A DNA stretch of 64,000 nt from Armatimonadota bacterium (GCA_037442365.1 JBBIQK010000005.1:1137-65136), one strand, 5' to 3'. Positions 9,143 to 18,815 are shown, numbered from the stretch's first letter. A program made the numbers and translations. Notes: a model not told the origin generated them from the letters alone.

Positions 9143-9240
9143 TGCCCTCACCCCCAGCCCCTCTCCCGCAGGCGGGCGAGGGGAGCCGTGCAAGCCTTGA
9201 GCGACACGCTATCCCCTCTCCCGAACCTTCGGGAGAGGGG
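9143..9240. repeat. GC-rich palindromic (REP-like) repeat cluster
   Basis: gccctcacccccagcccctctcccgcaggcgggcgaggggag (9143-9187) recurs inverted at 16446-16491. It is followed by a perfect 13-bp-stem hairpin cccctctcccgaa-cc-ttcgggagagggg (9213-9240). Confidence 0.75.
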
Positions 9241-9327
9241 GACAAAAGGGGCTTAAGAGGGTAGGTTTTTTTGAGGTGCGCGCTGCTTGCGGGCGCACCC
9301 AGAATATGGAGAAGCGCGTGTTCACAC

Positions 9328-9421
9328 GACGGCTGAAGCCGTTCCTATCAAACGAAGCCGACCTTCGTCGGCTATAGCCAGCGTAGGCTGGCTTTGTGTT
9401 GTAGGAACGGCTTCAGCCGTC
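9328..9421. mobile_element. MITE-like twin-hairpin element, copy A (94 nt)
   Basis: Terminal inverted repeats gacggctgaagccgttcctat / gtaggaacggcttcagccgtc. Internal stem-loops agccgac-cttc-gtcggct and agccagc-gtag-gctggct. A related copy lies at 41328-41474. Confidence 0.6.
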
Positions 9422-9695
9422 TTCTCTTCAAGCAGGACGCGAAAAAACCTACCCCTTTAAGGACAAAGTGGGTGAGGGCAACATCCAGCGCCGATTTACG
9501 AACTATGACCCGCAGATTGGTATTACTTGCTCTGTTGCAAGGATACTTGTTCCGCCTTCGGCACAGCCCACTTCGCCCCACAGGGCGCGGCGACCCCCTA
9601 CTCATGCCTGTACGGACGCGGTTCCCGCGTCCTGTTGTTCGGCTCTCCCATTCTTTGCAACAGAGCAGGTATTACTCTTCTCCCAGAATCTACGA

Positions 9696-9882
9696 GTTTC
9701 AATTAGCACCCACCCTTGGGGGTGAATGCTACTCACGGGTCCGTACTTATGGATCCGTACGACACCGAGGTTTCAATTAGCACCCACCCTTGGGGGTGAA
9801 TGCTACGGGGCCTGGCTCTACGAGTATTACACGTTGAGCCTCCCGGTTTCAATTAGCACCCACCCTTGGGGGTGAATGCTAC
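9696..9882 (-). CRISPR. orphan CRISPR mini-array, 3 repeats and 2 spacers
   Basis: Identical 37-nt repeat GTTTCAATTAGCACCCACCCTTGGGGGTGAATGCTAC at 9696, 9770 and 9846. Unique spacers of 37 and 39 nt. Internal palindrome CACCC..GGGTG. The minus-strand repeat ends in ATTGAAAC, the usual crRNA 5'-handle, hence the minus call. No cas genes in the window. Confidence 0.8.
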
Positions 9883-9887
9883 GGTAT

Positions 9888-9918
9888 AGTCTACCACATC
9901 AGACCCCCCCTTTGTCAA
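9888..9918 (-). promoter_or_regulatory. candidate array promoter (TTGACA-N19-TAGACT) reading into the array on the minus strand
   Basis: The minus strand reads cTTGACAaaggggggggtctgatgtggTAGACTatacc, then the first repeat. The 19-nt spacer is longer than optimal. Confidence 0.35.
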
Positions 9919-9939
9919 GTCCTGCGCGCGCTTCTTAAC

Positions 9940-10360
9940 AATTGACCCCCCGATTTGAACTCAACACTCTGCGCGAACCTCGACGCGATTTGAACTCAAG
10001 TGCGAATTTGGGGGAGGTTCGCGCAAAAAGTATCGTTGGGCGGCTGTTGTTCTGGGGGTGTGTTTTTGGGGTGTTTTTGAGTTCAGATTTGGGGGTGTGA
10101 TGTGGTGTTATTTGGGGGGTGAATTGGGTTCAGGTTCAACTATTTAGCGTGGCTAAGTATTGCGCGAAGGTCTGTAGACATTTGATTCAAGTTCAGAGGG
10201 GTGGGAGGTTCGCGCAAAGTTTAGCGTAGCTAAGGAGTTGAGGCGGATTGAGTTCAGGGTTTTGGGGTGTGAAGTTGAAGTGGCGCTTGAGGTTTGGGTT
10301 TGTGGGGTGTGAGTCGGTGGGGGGTTCGCGCAAAGTTTAGCGTGGCTAAGGATTTGGTGG
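9940..10360. repeat. G/T-skewed noncoding region with degenerate tandem modules (possible CRISPR leader or ncRNA)
   Basis: ggttcgcgcaaagtttagcgtRgctaagga at about 10207, 10323 and partially 10017 and 10143. tgagttcag/ttgaactcaa in both orientations. ggggtgtg runs. 12-bp inverted repeat tgcgcgaacctc (9970) / gaggttcgcgca (10014). No credible ORF. Confidence 0.55.
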
Positions 10361-10444
10361 GACGGCGAGCGGTTCCCGCCCGCGCGCGCCGTGTTGCCCC
10401 AACAGGCAGGAATCGCGCCTACCCCGCCGAATTGCGCAGGCGCT

Positions 10445-10720
10445 ATGCAACGCATTCCCGAATCGGAGCTGGCGGGCTATCTGGAGCGCGTGCCCCAATG
10501 GACGCGCGAGGGGATTGAGATCGCCCGCGCCTTCACCTTCCGCAACTTCCGCGAGGCGATGGGGTTCGTGATGCAGGTCGCGCTGCTTGCCGAACGCGCC
10601 GACCATCACCCCGACATCGAGATTCGCTACAAGCAGGTGACGCTGCGCCTCAGCACGCACTCGGCGGGCGGCTTGACTGAGAAGGACTTCGAGCTGGCGC
10701 AACAGATTGACCAGATTTGA
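10445..10720 (+). CDS. pterin-4-alpha-carbinolamine dehydratase (PCD/DCoH)
   Basis: 91 aa. FRNFREAMGFVMQVALLAERADHHPDIEIRYKQVTLRLSTHSAGGLTEKDFELA is the classic PCD motif (HHPD). Confidence 0.9.
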   Translation: MQRIPESELAGYLERVPQWTREGIEIARAFTFRNFREAMGFVMQVALLAERADHHPDIEIRYKQVTLRLSTHSAGGLTEKDFELAQQIDQI

Positions 10721-10721
10721 G

Positions 10722-12248
10722 ATGCGCGGGATTCCGATTGTCGACTCGGAGCAGATGCGCGCGCTGGATCGCGCGGCGATAGAGGCGGACGGCATCCCGT
10801 CGCTGACGCTGATGGAGCGCGCGGGCTACGGCGTGTTCCAGCGGATTGCGGAGTGGTTCGCGCCGCTGTCGGGCAAGCGCGTGGCGGTGCTGACGGGCAA
10901 GGGCAACAACGGCGGCGACGGGATGGTTGTGGCGCGCTATCTGCATGAGGCGGGCGCGCAGGTGCATTTGTGGCTGGCGTGTGCGCCCGACGAGTTTCGG
11001 GGCGACGCGGCGACGCAGTGGCGGACGGTGCAGGCGTATGGCATCCCCGCGCTGCCGCTGCCCGACGCGCCCGACCCTGCGCTGTTCCGCGACGAAGACC
11101 TGCTGGTGGACGCGCTGCTGGGGATTGGCGCGCGGGGCGACCTCAGCCCGCGCCTGTGCGCCGTGATCGACGCGGTGAATCGGGCGGGACGCCCCATCGT
11201 GGCGGTGGACATCCCGTCGGGCATCGACGCCGACACAGGCGTCGCGCTGGGCGCGGCGGTCTGGGCGACCTACACGGTCACGATGGCGCTGCCCAAGGCG
11301 GGCTTTTTCCAGAACGACGGGGCGCACTGCGTCGGGCGCTGGGCGATTGCGCCGATTGGCATTCCCCCGCGCCGTCTGGAGGCGACCCCGTGCGTGGCGC
11401 GGCTGATGACCGAGCAGGAGACGCTCGCGCGGACGCCCTGCCTGCCGCTGGACGCGCACAAGGGGCATCGGGGGCATGTGCTGGTGGTGGGCGGTAGTCT
11501 GGGGATGGCGGGCGCGCCTGCACTAACGGCGATTTCCGCGCTGCGCGTCGGCGCAGGGCTGGCGACGGTCGCTACCCCCGCGCGCATCCAGCCGCAGGTC
11601 GCCAGCTTCTACCCCGAAGTGATGACCCTGCCCCTGCCCGACGACGACACAGGCGCGCTGACCGTGCCGGGCGCGCAGTGGCTGGCGGAGCGCCTCGCCC
11701 GATTCAGCGTGCTGGCGCTCGGTCCAGGGCTGGGCGCGCACGAGACCGTCGGCAAGGCGATGCTGGAACTGTTAGAGGCGTGGCGCGTGCTGGAGCGACC
11801 GCTGGTCATCGATGCGGACGGGCTGAACTGGCTGGCGCGGCTGGGCGCGGACACCCCCCTGCCGACGCACACGATTCTGACCCCCCATCCGGGCGAGGCG
11901 GCGCGCCTGCTGCAGATTGAGACCCATCAGGTGCAGCAGGACCGCTACAGCAGCGCGGAGCTGCTGCACGAGCGCTACCGTGCGCTGTGCGTGCTGAAGG
12001 GCGCGTACACGGTGATTGCGGACGAAGGGGGCTTGTGGCTCGCGCCGTTCGCCGAGCCGAGCCTGGCGACAGGCGGGTCGGGCGATGTGCTGACAGGCGC
12101 GATTGCAGGACTGCTGGCGCAGGGGCTGGAGCCGTTGCCCGCGGCGCAGCTGGGGGTCTACCTGCATGGGCAGGCGGGCGCGCGATTGGCATGCGGCGGT
12201 CGCCCCGCCTACACCGCCGACGAGCTGAGCCGCGCCCTGCGGGTCTAA
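10722..12248 (+). CDS. nnr: bifunctional NAD(P)H-hydrate repair enzyme (epimerase / ADP-dependent dehydratase)
   Basis: YjeF-N (VAVLTGKGNNGGDGMVVARYL) plus a carbohydrate-kinase-like C-terminal domain (GHVLVVGGSLGMAGAPAL...GGSGDVLTGAIAGLLAQG). ATG 10722 is preferred to the TTG at 10707. Confidence 0.88.
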   Translation: MRGIPIVDSEQMRALDRAAIEADGIPSLTLMERAGYGVFQRIAEWFAPLSGKRVAVLTGKGNNGGDGMVVARYLHEAGAQVHLWLACAPDEFRGDAATQWRTVQAYGIPALPLPDAPDPALFRDEDLLVDALLGIGARGDLSPRLCAVIDAVNRAGRPIVAVDIPSGIDADTGVALGAAVWATYTVTMALPKAGFFQNDGAHCVGRWAIAPIGIPPRRLEATPCVARLMTEQETLARTPCLPLDAHKGHRGHVLVVGGSLGMAGAPALTAISALRVGAGLATVATPARIQPQVASFYPEVMTLPLPDDDTGALTVPGAQWLAERLARFSVLALGPGLGAHETVGKAMLELLEAWRVLERPLVIDADGLNWLARLGADTPLPTHTILTPHPGEAARLLQIETHQVQQDRYSSAELLHERYRALCVLKGAYTVIADEGGLWLAPFAEPSLATGGSGDVLTGAIAGLLAQGLEPLPAAQLGVYLHGQAGARLACGGRPAYTADELSRALRV

Positions 12249-13006
12249 CGCGCCTCCTTCTCGCCGAGCAGCTCTTTGCGCAACTGGAGCGACGGCTCGT
12301 GTCCGGGCTTCAGCGCGAGCGCCTTTTCCAGCTCGACGAGGGCGTCGTCCCGCTGCCCCAGTTTGGCGTACACCGCCGCGAGGTGATAGCGCAGGTCAGG
12401 CGTGTCGGGCGCGGTCTGCACCGCCAGACGCAATTCGCGCAGCGCCTCGTCGTACCGCCCTAGTTTATACAGCACCCAGCCGTGCGTATCGTGGTACGCG
12501 CCGACATTCGACTTGATAGCAATCGCCCGCCGAACCAGCCGCAGCGCCTTCTCCAGCTCGCGCCCATCTTCCGCAAGCGCGTAGGCGTAGTCGTTCATCG
12601 CCAGATGGTTCTGCGGGTCTAACTGGAGCGCCTTCTCGAACCACGGGGCGTACTCGTCGCGCTTGCCCGCCAGAAACGCCAGCGTGCCCAGCACCTGATA
12701 AAAGCCCGCGCGGTCGATCTGCACGGGGATTTCACTGGCGCGCGGCTCGTACTGCACCAGAAACGCATACGCCTGCGCCGCGGGGCGTTCAGGGCGCGCC
12801 ATGTAGGCGCGATACACATCCTGCAAGGCAACGACGAAGTTGGGCGACTGCTCCACATACTGTTTGAAGAGCGCCGCCGCGCCCTCGTAGTCGCGCGTCT
12901 CCAGCTTCTGCACGCCTTGCTCCAGCAAGCTCGGTTTCTGCGGCTCCGTGCGCCCGCAGCCTGATAGCATCAGCCCGATTACCAGCAACCCGATAAGCAC
13001 TCGCAT
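12245..13006 (-). CDS. TPR-repeat lipoprotein
   Basis: Lipobox LMLSGC after MRVLIGLLVIG. TPR units such as GRYDEALRELRLAVQTAPDTPDLRYHLAAVYAKLGQRDDAL. Confidence 0.7.
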   Translation of the reverse strand: MRVLIGLLVIGLMLSGCGRTEPQKPSLLEQGVQKLETRDYEGAAALFKQYVEQSPNFVVALQDVYRAYMARPERPAAQAYAFLVQYEPRASEIPVQIDRAGFYQVLGTLAFLAGKRDEYAPWFEKALQLDPQNHLAMNDYAYALAEDGRELEKALRLVRRAIAIKSNVGAYHDTHGWVLYKLGRYDEALRELRLAVQTAPDTPDLRYHLAAVYAKLGQRDDALVELEKALALKPGHEPSLQLRKELLGEKEAR

Positions 13007-13012
13007 GGCGGG

Positions 13013-16000
13013 TTAGAGCGCGCTCTCAGGCACGCGCTGCGCTTCGATGGTGAAGCTCAACCCCATCGCGTTGAGGGTTCCCGTGAGGCGGTCGCCAGAC
13101 ACGGTTGCGTTCACGGTGAAGCTCATGCCGCCCGCTTCTAAGGTGAGCGTGAGCGTCTCGCCGTCGGGCGCGGCGATGCTGAACTCCTGTGTGCCCAGCG
13201 GCGTCTCCAGCGCGCCGCGCAGCTGGTTGCCCTCCTGACGGATGCGCAGGGTGAAGGGCACGCCCTCAGGGGGCAGCGGATCGCCGCCCGTAATCGTGCC
13301 GCGCCATGTGCCTGCGAATCGCACGGGCGCGCCTGTCGGCGGCGTCTCGCGGGGCGCGGACTCCTCACGCTCGCGCCGCCGCTCGTCGAACACCGACTCG
13401 GCGCGCAGCCCCTTCAGGTACTCATGACGCTCCTTCTCCAGCTCCTCGCGCCATGCACGGTCGCGCTCGCGGTCGAAGTAAAGCACGCCGTCCACGAAGG
13501 TCTTCTCGCACACGGCGTAGCCGCTCAGCGGGTGGTCGCTCCAGAGCGCGAGGTCGGCGTGCTTGCCCACCTCAATCGAGCCGACATAGCGGTCGATACC
13601 GAGCTGCTTGGCGACATTCAGAGTCACGAACTTGAGCGCCTCCGCTTCGGGTACGCCGCCGTACTTGACCGCTTTGGTCGCTTCGGTGTTCATGCGGCGC
13701 GCCAGCTCGTTGCTGTCGGAGTTGAAGCTCACCACCACGCCGCGCTCCCACATAATCGCGCCGTTGTGCGGGATGGCGTCATACACCTCGATTTTGTACG
13801 CCCACCAGTCGGAGAACGAGGACGCCCCTGCCCCGTGTCGGGCAATCTCGTTGGCGACCTTGTAGCCCTCCAGCACATGCTGGAGCGTGCCCACGCGCAC
13901 GCCGAACTCCTCGCACACACGCAGCAGCATTAGTATCTCGTCCTGGCGGTAGCTGTGGCAGTGAATGAGCCGCTTGCCCTCCAGAATCTCGACCAGCGCG
14001 TCGAGTTGCAAATCGCGCTGAGGCGGCAGCGGGCGCTTGCCCTGCCGATACTCTTCCCAGTGGCGTTTGTAGTCCAGCGCGGCGAGGAACCGCTCGCGAA
14101 TCACCTGCTCCACGCCCATGCGCGAGGCGGGGTAGCGCGTCGATCCGCCCGTGCGGAAGTTGGAGCGTTTGACATTCTCGCCCAGCGCGAACTTGATGCC
14201 TGTGGGCGCCTCTTTGAAAATCATCTCGTCGGCGGTCTTGCCCCAGCGCCACTTGACCGTGATGCTCTGTCCACCAATCACATTCGCCGAGCCGTGCAGC
14301 ATCAGCGCGCCCGTCAGACCGCCCGCGAGCTGGCGGTAGATGTTCACATCGTCGGGGTTAATCACATCCTGAATGCGCACTTCGGCGGTGCAGACATTCG
14401 TGCCCTCGTTCACGCCGCCGGTGATGGCGGTGTGCGAATGGCAGTCCAGCAGTCCGGGCGTGAGGTGCTTACCCGTGCCGTCGATGATGCGTGCGCTGGG
14501 CGGCGCGGTCAGGTTCTTGCCCACCGCCGCGATTTTGCCGTCCACCACCAGCACATCGGCGTCAGGCAGCGGCTGATCGTGCGCCAGCGTCCACACGGTG
14601 GCGTTGCGAATGAGCCAGGTGTTGTGTTCATCGGCGGGCGGGGGCATCAGCGGCGTGAGCTTCACGCGCGGCAGAGTCGGCGTCTCGTCGGATGCGCCTG
14701 CCTGCTCCGTGCGCTCAGCGGGCGGCTGACTGGTCTGCTCGCGCGGGGCGTCCTGTCGCGGGGGCACGCCCGCAGTGAGGTGGTCGGTGCATGCCTCCTC
14801 ACACGCATGCGCCTCATGGTCGTGGCTCTGCATGTGGGTTAATGTGCTGCCGTGCGCGTGGTGGAAGCAGCAGGAGGCTTCCATCAGGCTGCCCGTGTTC
14901 TCGGCGTCCCAGTCGCGCGGGCGGCGGAAGGGCGGTGTGGCAGGCGCGCTTGCGGTCTGTTGCGCGTCGCTCACTTTGAAGCGCTTGCCGTCCGCGAACA
15001 CGAACTCGATTCGCGCGCGCGGCTCAAACAGTTCCCCGCGCGCCACCACAAAGCTCGCCGTCTTGCCCACCGCGAGGTCGCCGAAGCGGTTTTGCAGCCC
15101 CATCAGCTCGGCGGGGGTCAGCGTCAGGGCGCGCAGCGCCGCCTCTTTGGGCAAGCCGTTCGCAATCGCCGTGCGCAGGTTGCGCAGCAGCCGCTCTGGG
15201 TCGCCCAGCCCCTCGGTCGTGATAGCGAATCGCACCCCGTGTTCGTGCAGAATCGCGGCGTTCTGATACGCCAGCGCGCGGTTGCGCAGGCTGGTCAGCG
15301 TCGGCGGGTTGAGCGGGTCGTAGCTGCGCAACGGTTCAGGCATCTCGAGGGTCAGCAGCACGGGGATGTCGCGCTTCTTGAGTTCGTCGGCGACCTTCGC
15401 CGCTTCCTGCCCGCCCACAATCACCACGCGCAGGTTGAACTCGTCGGCGATGCGCAGCACACGGCGGATGTCTTCCGCGCTGTTGGCGATTGCCAGCAGG
15501 GGCGTCTCACGCTTCAGCACGGGCTGCAACGCCTCCAGCGCGCGGTTCATCGCCGGGCGCGGCTTGCCCGTCGGGTCGCGCAGGTACGCCTCCCAAACCT
15601 GCATCTGGTGCTGCGCGTCGTAGAGCGTCTGGCGCACGAGCGCAATCGCGCCCATCAGCGAGCTGGGGTAGCCGCCCCCGCCCTCAAAGCCGCCGCGCCC
15701 GCGCAGATTCAACACCACGCCGACCTGCGGCGCAATCACCAGCTCTGCAGGCGCGCCCGTCCCCACGCTGATGACCGCGCTCTGCCCGCTCATAATGCCG
15801 TGCGGCGGCGCAATATGCGCGGCGACGAAGCCTGCGCGACGCCAGCGCGCCAGCTGCGCCGAATCGGGCTGCATCAGTACCGTCGCCTGACGCTCCGGGC
15901 GAATCTGCGCATTCGGGTGGGTGTTGCCGCGCTCGTAACTGGCATACGCGGGATCGTTCGCCTGCGCAGGCATGCCCAGACTCGTGAACGCATCGATAAA

Positions 16001-16252
16001 TCCGGGGTAGATGGTGTGCCCGCTCGCGTCGATGACCTCCGCATCGGCGGGGATGGGCGTGTCGCTGCCGCCAATCGCGGCGATGACGCCGTTGCGCACC
16101 ACCAGCACGCCGTTCTCAATCGGCGGCGCGGTGTTGGACACAATCTTCGCGCCGCGTAGGGCATACACATCGGGTAAACGATAGGGCGTATCCTGCGCCC
16201 ACGCAATAACGCTGAGAAGTAACCAGCCTACGAACCACCTCAGTCCTCGCAT
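13013..16252 (-). CDS. secreted tandem amidohydrolase-domain protein
   Basis: Start moved to ATG 16252 (signal-like [19 protein letters not shown]). Two metal-dependent amidohydrolase modules ([11 protein letters not shown]...; [19 protein letters not shown]...HADLALWS) are joined by a His/Cys-rich linker. C-terminal small beta domain. Confidence 0.75.
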   Translation of the reverse strand: MRGLRWFVGWLLLSVIAWAQDTPYRLPDVYALRGAKIVSNTAPPIENGVLVVRNGVIAAIGGSDTPIPADAEVIDASGHTIYPGFIDAFTSLGMPAQANDPAYASYERGNTHPNAQIRPERQATVLMQPDSAQLARWRRAGFVAAHIAPPHGIMSGQSAVISVGTGAPAELVIAPQVGVVLNLRGRGGFEGGGGYPSSLMGAIALVRQTLYDAQHQMQVWEAYLRDPTGKPRPAMNRALEALQPVLKRETPLLAIANSAEDIRRVLRIADEFNLRVVIVGGQEAAKVADELKKRDIPVLLTLEMPEPLRSYDPLNPPTLTSLRNRALAYQNAAILHEHGVRFAITTEGLGDPERLLRNLRTAIANGLPKEAALRALTLTPAELMGLQNRFGDLAVGKTASFVVARGELFEPRARIEFVFADGKRFKVSDAQQTASAPATPPFRRPRDWDAENTGSLMEASCCFHHAHGSTLTHMQSHDHEAHACEEACTDHLTAGVPPRQDAPREQTSQPPAERTEQAGASDETPTLPRVKLTPLMPPPADEHNTWLIRNATVWTLAHDQPLPDADVLVVDGKIAAVGKNLTAPPSARIIDGTGKHLTPGLLDCHSHTAITGGVNEGTNVCTAEVRIQDVINPDDVNIYRQLAGGLTGALMLHGSANVIGGQSITVKWRWGKTADEMIFKEAPTGIKFALGENVKRSNFRTGGSTRYPASRMGVEQVIRERFLAALDYKRHWEEYRQGKRPLPPQRDLQLDALVEILEGKRLIHCHSYRQDEILMLLRVCEEFGVRVGTLQHVLEGYKVANEIARHGAGASSFSDWWAYKIEVYDAIPHNGAIMWERGVVVSFNSDSNELARRMNTEATKAVKYGGVPEAEALKFVTLNVAKQLGIDRYVGSIEVGKHADLALWSDHPLSGYAVCEKTFVDGVLYFDRERDRAWREELEKERHEYLKGLRAESVFDERRREREESAPRETPPTGAPVRFAGTWRGTITGGDPLPPEGVPFTLRIRQEGNQLRGALETPLGTQEFSIAAPDGETLTLTLEAGGMSFTVNATVSGDRLTGTLNAMGLSFTIEAQRVPESAL

Positions 16253-16445
16253 CGCAGACGGCAGATTCGACGGCGGGCGAGCGATTCCTGCCCGACAATT
16301 TGCGCCCATGCGTGCAAGGCGCATCCTTTGGAGTGCTGAAGCGGGAGCTTCAGCATGCGCGGAAGCTCCGCTTCCGCAACACCCTTTGTCACCTCTCTCA
16401 AAGGGTTGGGAGAGGAGGGATGCACCTGGCACAATGCTGGCGCGA

Positions 16446-16491
16446 CTCCCCTCTCCCGCCTGCGGGGGGAGGGGCTGGGGGTGAGGGCTGT
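16446..16491. repeat. inverted copy of the 9143-9187 palindromic repeat
   Basis: ctcccctctcccgcctgcggggggaggggctgggggtgagggc is the reverse complement of the 9143 copy, with about 4 differences. Further hairpins (gctgaagc-ggga-gcttcagc) lie just upstream at about 16336-16380. Confidence 0.75.
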
Positions 16492-16520
16492 AATTTGACC
16501 CTTGACCCGCCGCTTGGTCT

Positions 16521-18134
16521 TCAAATCATCGCGCCTTCCGTGTAAGTGCCGTACACCTCTTTGAGCGCGTTGACCATCTCGCCGAGCGTCGCGTAGGCTT
16601 TGATGGCGTTCAGGATGGGTACCATCAGATTCTCCTCACGGCGCGCGGCAGCCACGAGGTCGGTGAGGGCTTGCGCCACCGCGCGGTTGTCGCGTCGACG
16701 GCGCAGGTCTGCCAGGCGCTTGACCTGCTTCTCGTGCGCTTCATGCTCGATTTTGAGGATGCGAAACGGAATCGGCTCCTCCGCCATCTGGTACTCGTTC
16801 ACGCCGACCCACACGAAGTCGCGTTCCTCCACGCGCTGCTGGAATCGGTACGCGGCGTCGGCAATCTCCTGCTGGAAGAAGCCGCTCTTGACGGCGGAGA
16901 TTACGCCGCCTTCCTCTTCGATGCGGCGGAAGTATTCGCGTGCGCCCGCCTCCATCTGGTCGGTCATCCACTCCACGAAGTACGCGCCGCCCAGCGGGTC
17001 CACCGTGTTCGTGACGCCCGACTCATGGGCAATCACTTGCTGCGTGCGCAGCGAGAGTAGCACCGCCTCTTCGGTCGGCAGCGCCCACGCCTCGTCGAAC
17101 GAGTTCACATGGAGCGACTGCGTGCCGCCCAGCACCGCCGCCAGCGCCTCGATGGTGGAGCGAATAAGATTCACATACGGCTGCTGCATCGTGAGCGAGA
17201 CGCCCGCCGTCTGCGTGTGGAAGCGCATCCACCATGAGCGCGGGTTTTTCGCGCCGAAGGTCTCGCGCATCTCGCGCGCCCAGATGCGCCGCGCCGCCCG
17301 GTACTTGCCAATCTCCTCGAAAAAGTCGATATGCGCGTTGAAGAAGAACGAAAACTTCGGCGCGAAGTCGTCGATGTCCAGCCCCCGATCCAGACACCAG
17401 CGCACATACTCCAGCCCATCCGCAAGGGTGAACGCCAGCTCCTGCACCGCCGTCGCGCCCGCCTCGCGAATATGGTAGCCGCTGACGCTGATTGGATGCC
17501 ACTTCGGCACATACTGCGTCGCGAACTCGATCGTGTCCACGATGAGCTTCATGTGCGGCTCAGGCGGGTAGACCCACTCCTTCTGCGCGATGAACTCCTT
17601 CAGGATGTCATTTTGAATCGTGCCCGACAACTGCTCCAGCGGAATCCCCCGCTTCTCGGCGACGGCGAGATACATGCCCCAGATGATAATCGCGGGCGCG
17701 TTGATGGTCATCGAGGTGGTGATACTGGCGAGGTCGATGCCATCAAACAGAATCTCCATATCTTCCAGCGAGGCAACGCTCACCCCGCATTTGCCTACCT
17801 CGCCTTCCGCTTCGGGGTCGTCCGGGTCCACGCCCATCAGCGTCGGCAGGTCGAACGCCACCGACAATCCCGTCTGCCCCTGATCGATGAGGTACTTGTA
17901 GCGCTGATTCGTCTCCTCAGGCGTGGCGAAGCCCGAAAACTGGCGCACCGTCCACAACTTCGTGCGGTAGCCCGATTCGTACAGCCCGCGCGTGAAAGGA
18001 TATTCGCCCGGGTTGCCCAGATCGTGCGCGTAATCCAGATGGGCAACATCCTGTGGTGTGTAAAAACGCTTGATTTCGATACCCGACAGCGACTCGAATC
18101 GCTGCTTCCGTTCCGTGATCGTCTTCTGGCTCAT
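16521..18134 (-). CDS. methylmalonyl-CoA mutase family, catalytic (N-terminal TIM-barrel) subunit
   Basis: GGAGG sits 7 nt before ATG 18134. [56 protein letters not shown] is a diagnostic MCM block. No B12-binding domain in this ORF or next to it. Confidence 0.9.
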   Translation of the reverse strand: MSQKTITERKQRFESLSGIEIKRFYTPQDVAHLDYAHDLGNPGEYPFTRGLYESGYRTKLWTVRQFSGFATPEETNQRYKYLIDQGQTGLSVAFDLPTLMGVDPDDPEAEGEVGKCGVSVASLEDMEILFDGIDLASITTSMTINAPAIIIWGMYLAVAEKRGIPLEQLSGTIQNDILKEFIAQKEWVYPPEPHMKLIVDTIEFATQYVPKWHPISVSGYHIREAGATAVQELAFTLADGLEYVRWCLDRGLDIDDFAPKFSFFFNAHIDFFEEIGKYRAARRIWAREMRETFGAKNPRSWWMRFHTQTAGVSLTMQQPYVNLIRSTIEALAAVLGGTQSLHVNSFDEAWALPTEEAVLLSLRTQQVIAHESGVTNTVDPLGGAYFVEWMTDQMEAGAREYFRRIEEEGGVISAVKSGFFQQEIADAAYRFQQRVEERDFVWVGVNEYQMAEEPIPFRILKIEHEAHEKQVKRLADLRRRRDNRAVAQALTDLVAAARREENLMVPILNAIKAYATLGEMVNALKEVYGTYTEGAMI

Positions 18135-18215
18135 CGTCGCGCCTCCGCTCATATTATGGCACATGCGGGGATTTTCCGAAACGGGCGGGAACTTTCCGAA
18201 ACACGGAATCGTAAT

Positions 18216-18236
18216 CTTGAGTGGAAAGCACTCAAG
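18216..18236. promoter_or_regulatory. HAIR-type operator (HspR-associated inverted repeat) upstream of hsp20
   Basis: CTTGAGT-GGAAAGC-ACTCAAG matches the CTTGAGT-N7-ACTCAAG consensus exactly and lies 39 nt upstream of the hsp20 ATG. Confidence 0.6.
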
Positions 18237-18274
18237 AGACCTTCCATAGAGACACTCATTAGGAGGGATGACAG

Positions 18275-18760
18275 ATGCGAGGACTGGTACGACGCGAGCC
18301 TGAGAGCGCTGTTGTGCGCTGGAATCCGTTCCGTGAGATGGAGCAGTTCCGACGCGAGATGGACGACCTGTTTGGTCGTTTCTTCGACTGGCGACCGACC
18401 TTGACGACGCCGACGGAGCTTGAGTTCACGCCTGCGCTGGATGTGTACGAGACGCCCGATGAGTTCGTGGTGTTCGTGACCGCGCCGGGCGTGTCCGAGA
18501 AAGACCTGCATGTGGAGCTGTCGAACGGCACGCTCACGGTGTCGGGCGAGCGCAAGGCGCTCATCGAGGGCGATCAGGTGCAGGCGCACTATGTCAGTCG
18601 CATGGGCGGCTACGGCAAGTTCAGCGTCGCCTACACGCTGCCCACCGCGATTGACGAGAACCGCGTGAAAGCCGTCTACCGCAACGGCGTGCTGGAGGTG
18701 CGCCTGCCCAAAGCCGAGTCGGCGAAGCCGAAGACCGTCAAGGTCGAGTTCGAGAAATAA
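18275..18760 (+). CDS. small heat-shock protein (Hsp20/alpha-crystallin)
   Basis: [52 protein letters not shown]...[14 protein letters not shown] alpha-crystallin domain. Confidence 0.92.
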   Translation: MRGLVRREPESAVVRWNPFREMEQFRREMDDLFGRFFDWRPTLTTPTELEFTPALDVYETPDEFVVFVTAPGVSEKDLHVELSNGTLTVSGERKALIEGDQVQAHYVSRMGGYGKFSVAYTLPTAIDENRVKAVYRNGVLEVRLPKAESAKPKTVKVEFEK

Positions 18761-18769
18761 ATACTCCTG

Positions 18770-18803
18770 CAGGGGCGCGGGAACATCCTGCGCCCCTGTT
18801 TTT
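18770..18803 (+). terminator. rho-independent terminator after hsp20
   Basis: caggggcgc-gggaacatcct-gcgcccctg followed by TTTTT. Confidence 0.7.
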
Positions 18804-18815
18804 GTGCGTTTCGGG

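Noticed and set aside
9394-9780. ORFs 9394-9780 and 9468-9725 across the repeat/CRISPR region
   Set aside because: They run through MITE-like hairpins and into CRISPR repeat 1. They have no SD or promoter context and non-protein-like composition.
10445-13006. Genes flanking the CRISPR array as candidate novel cas genes
   Set aside because: They are clearly PCD, Nnr and a TPR lipoprotein on one side and the argH operon on the other. Nothing nuclease- or RAMP-like is present.
16240-16524. 94-aa minus ORF (...[16 protein letters not shown]...) and the N-terminal 60 aa of ORF 13013-16432
   Set aside because: These are translations of the palindromic repeat cluster. The amidohydrolase has a proper signal peptide starting at ATG 16252.
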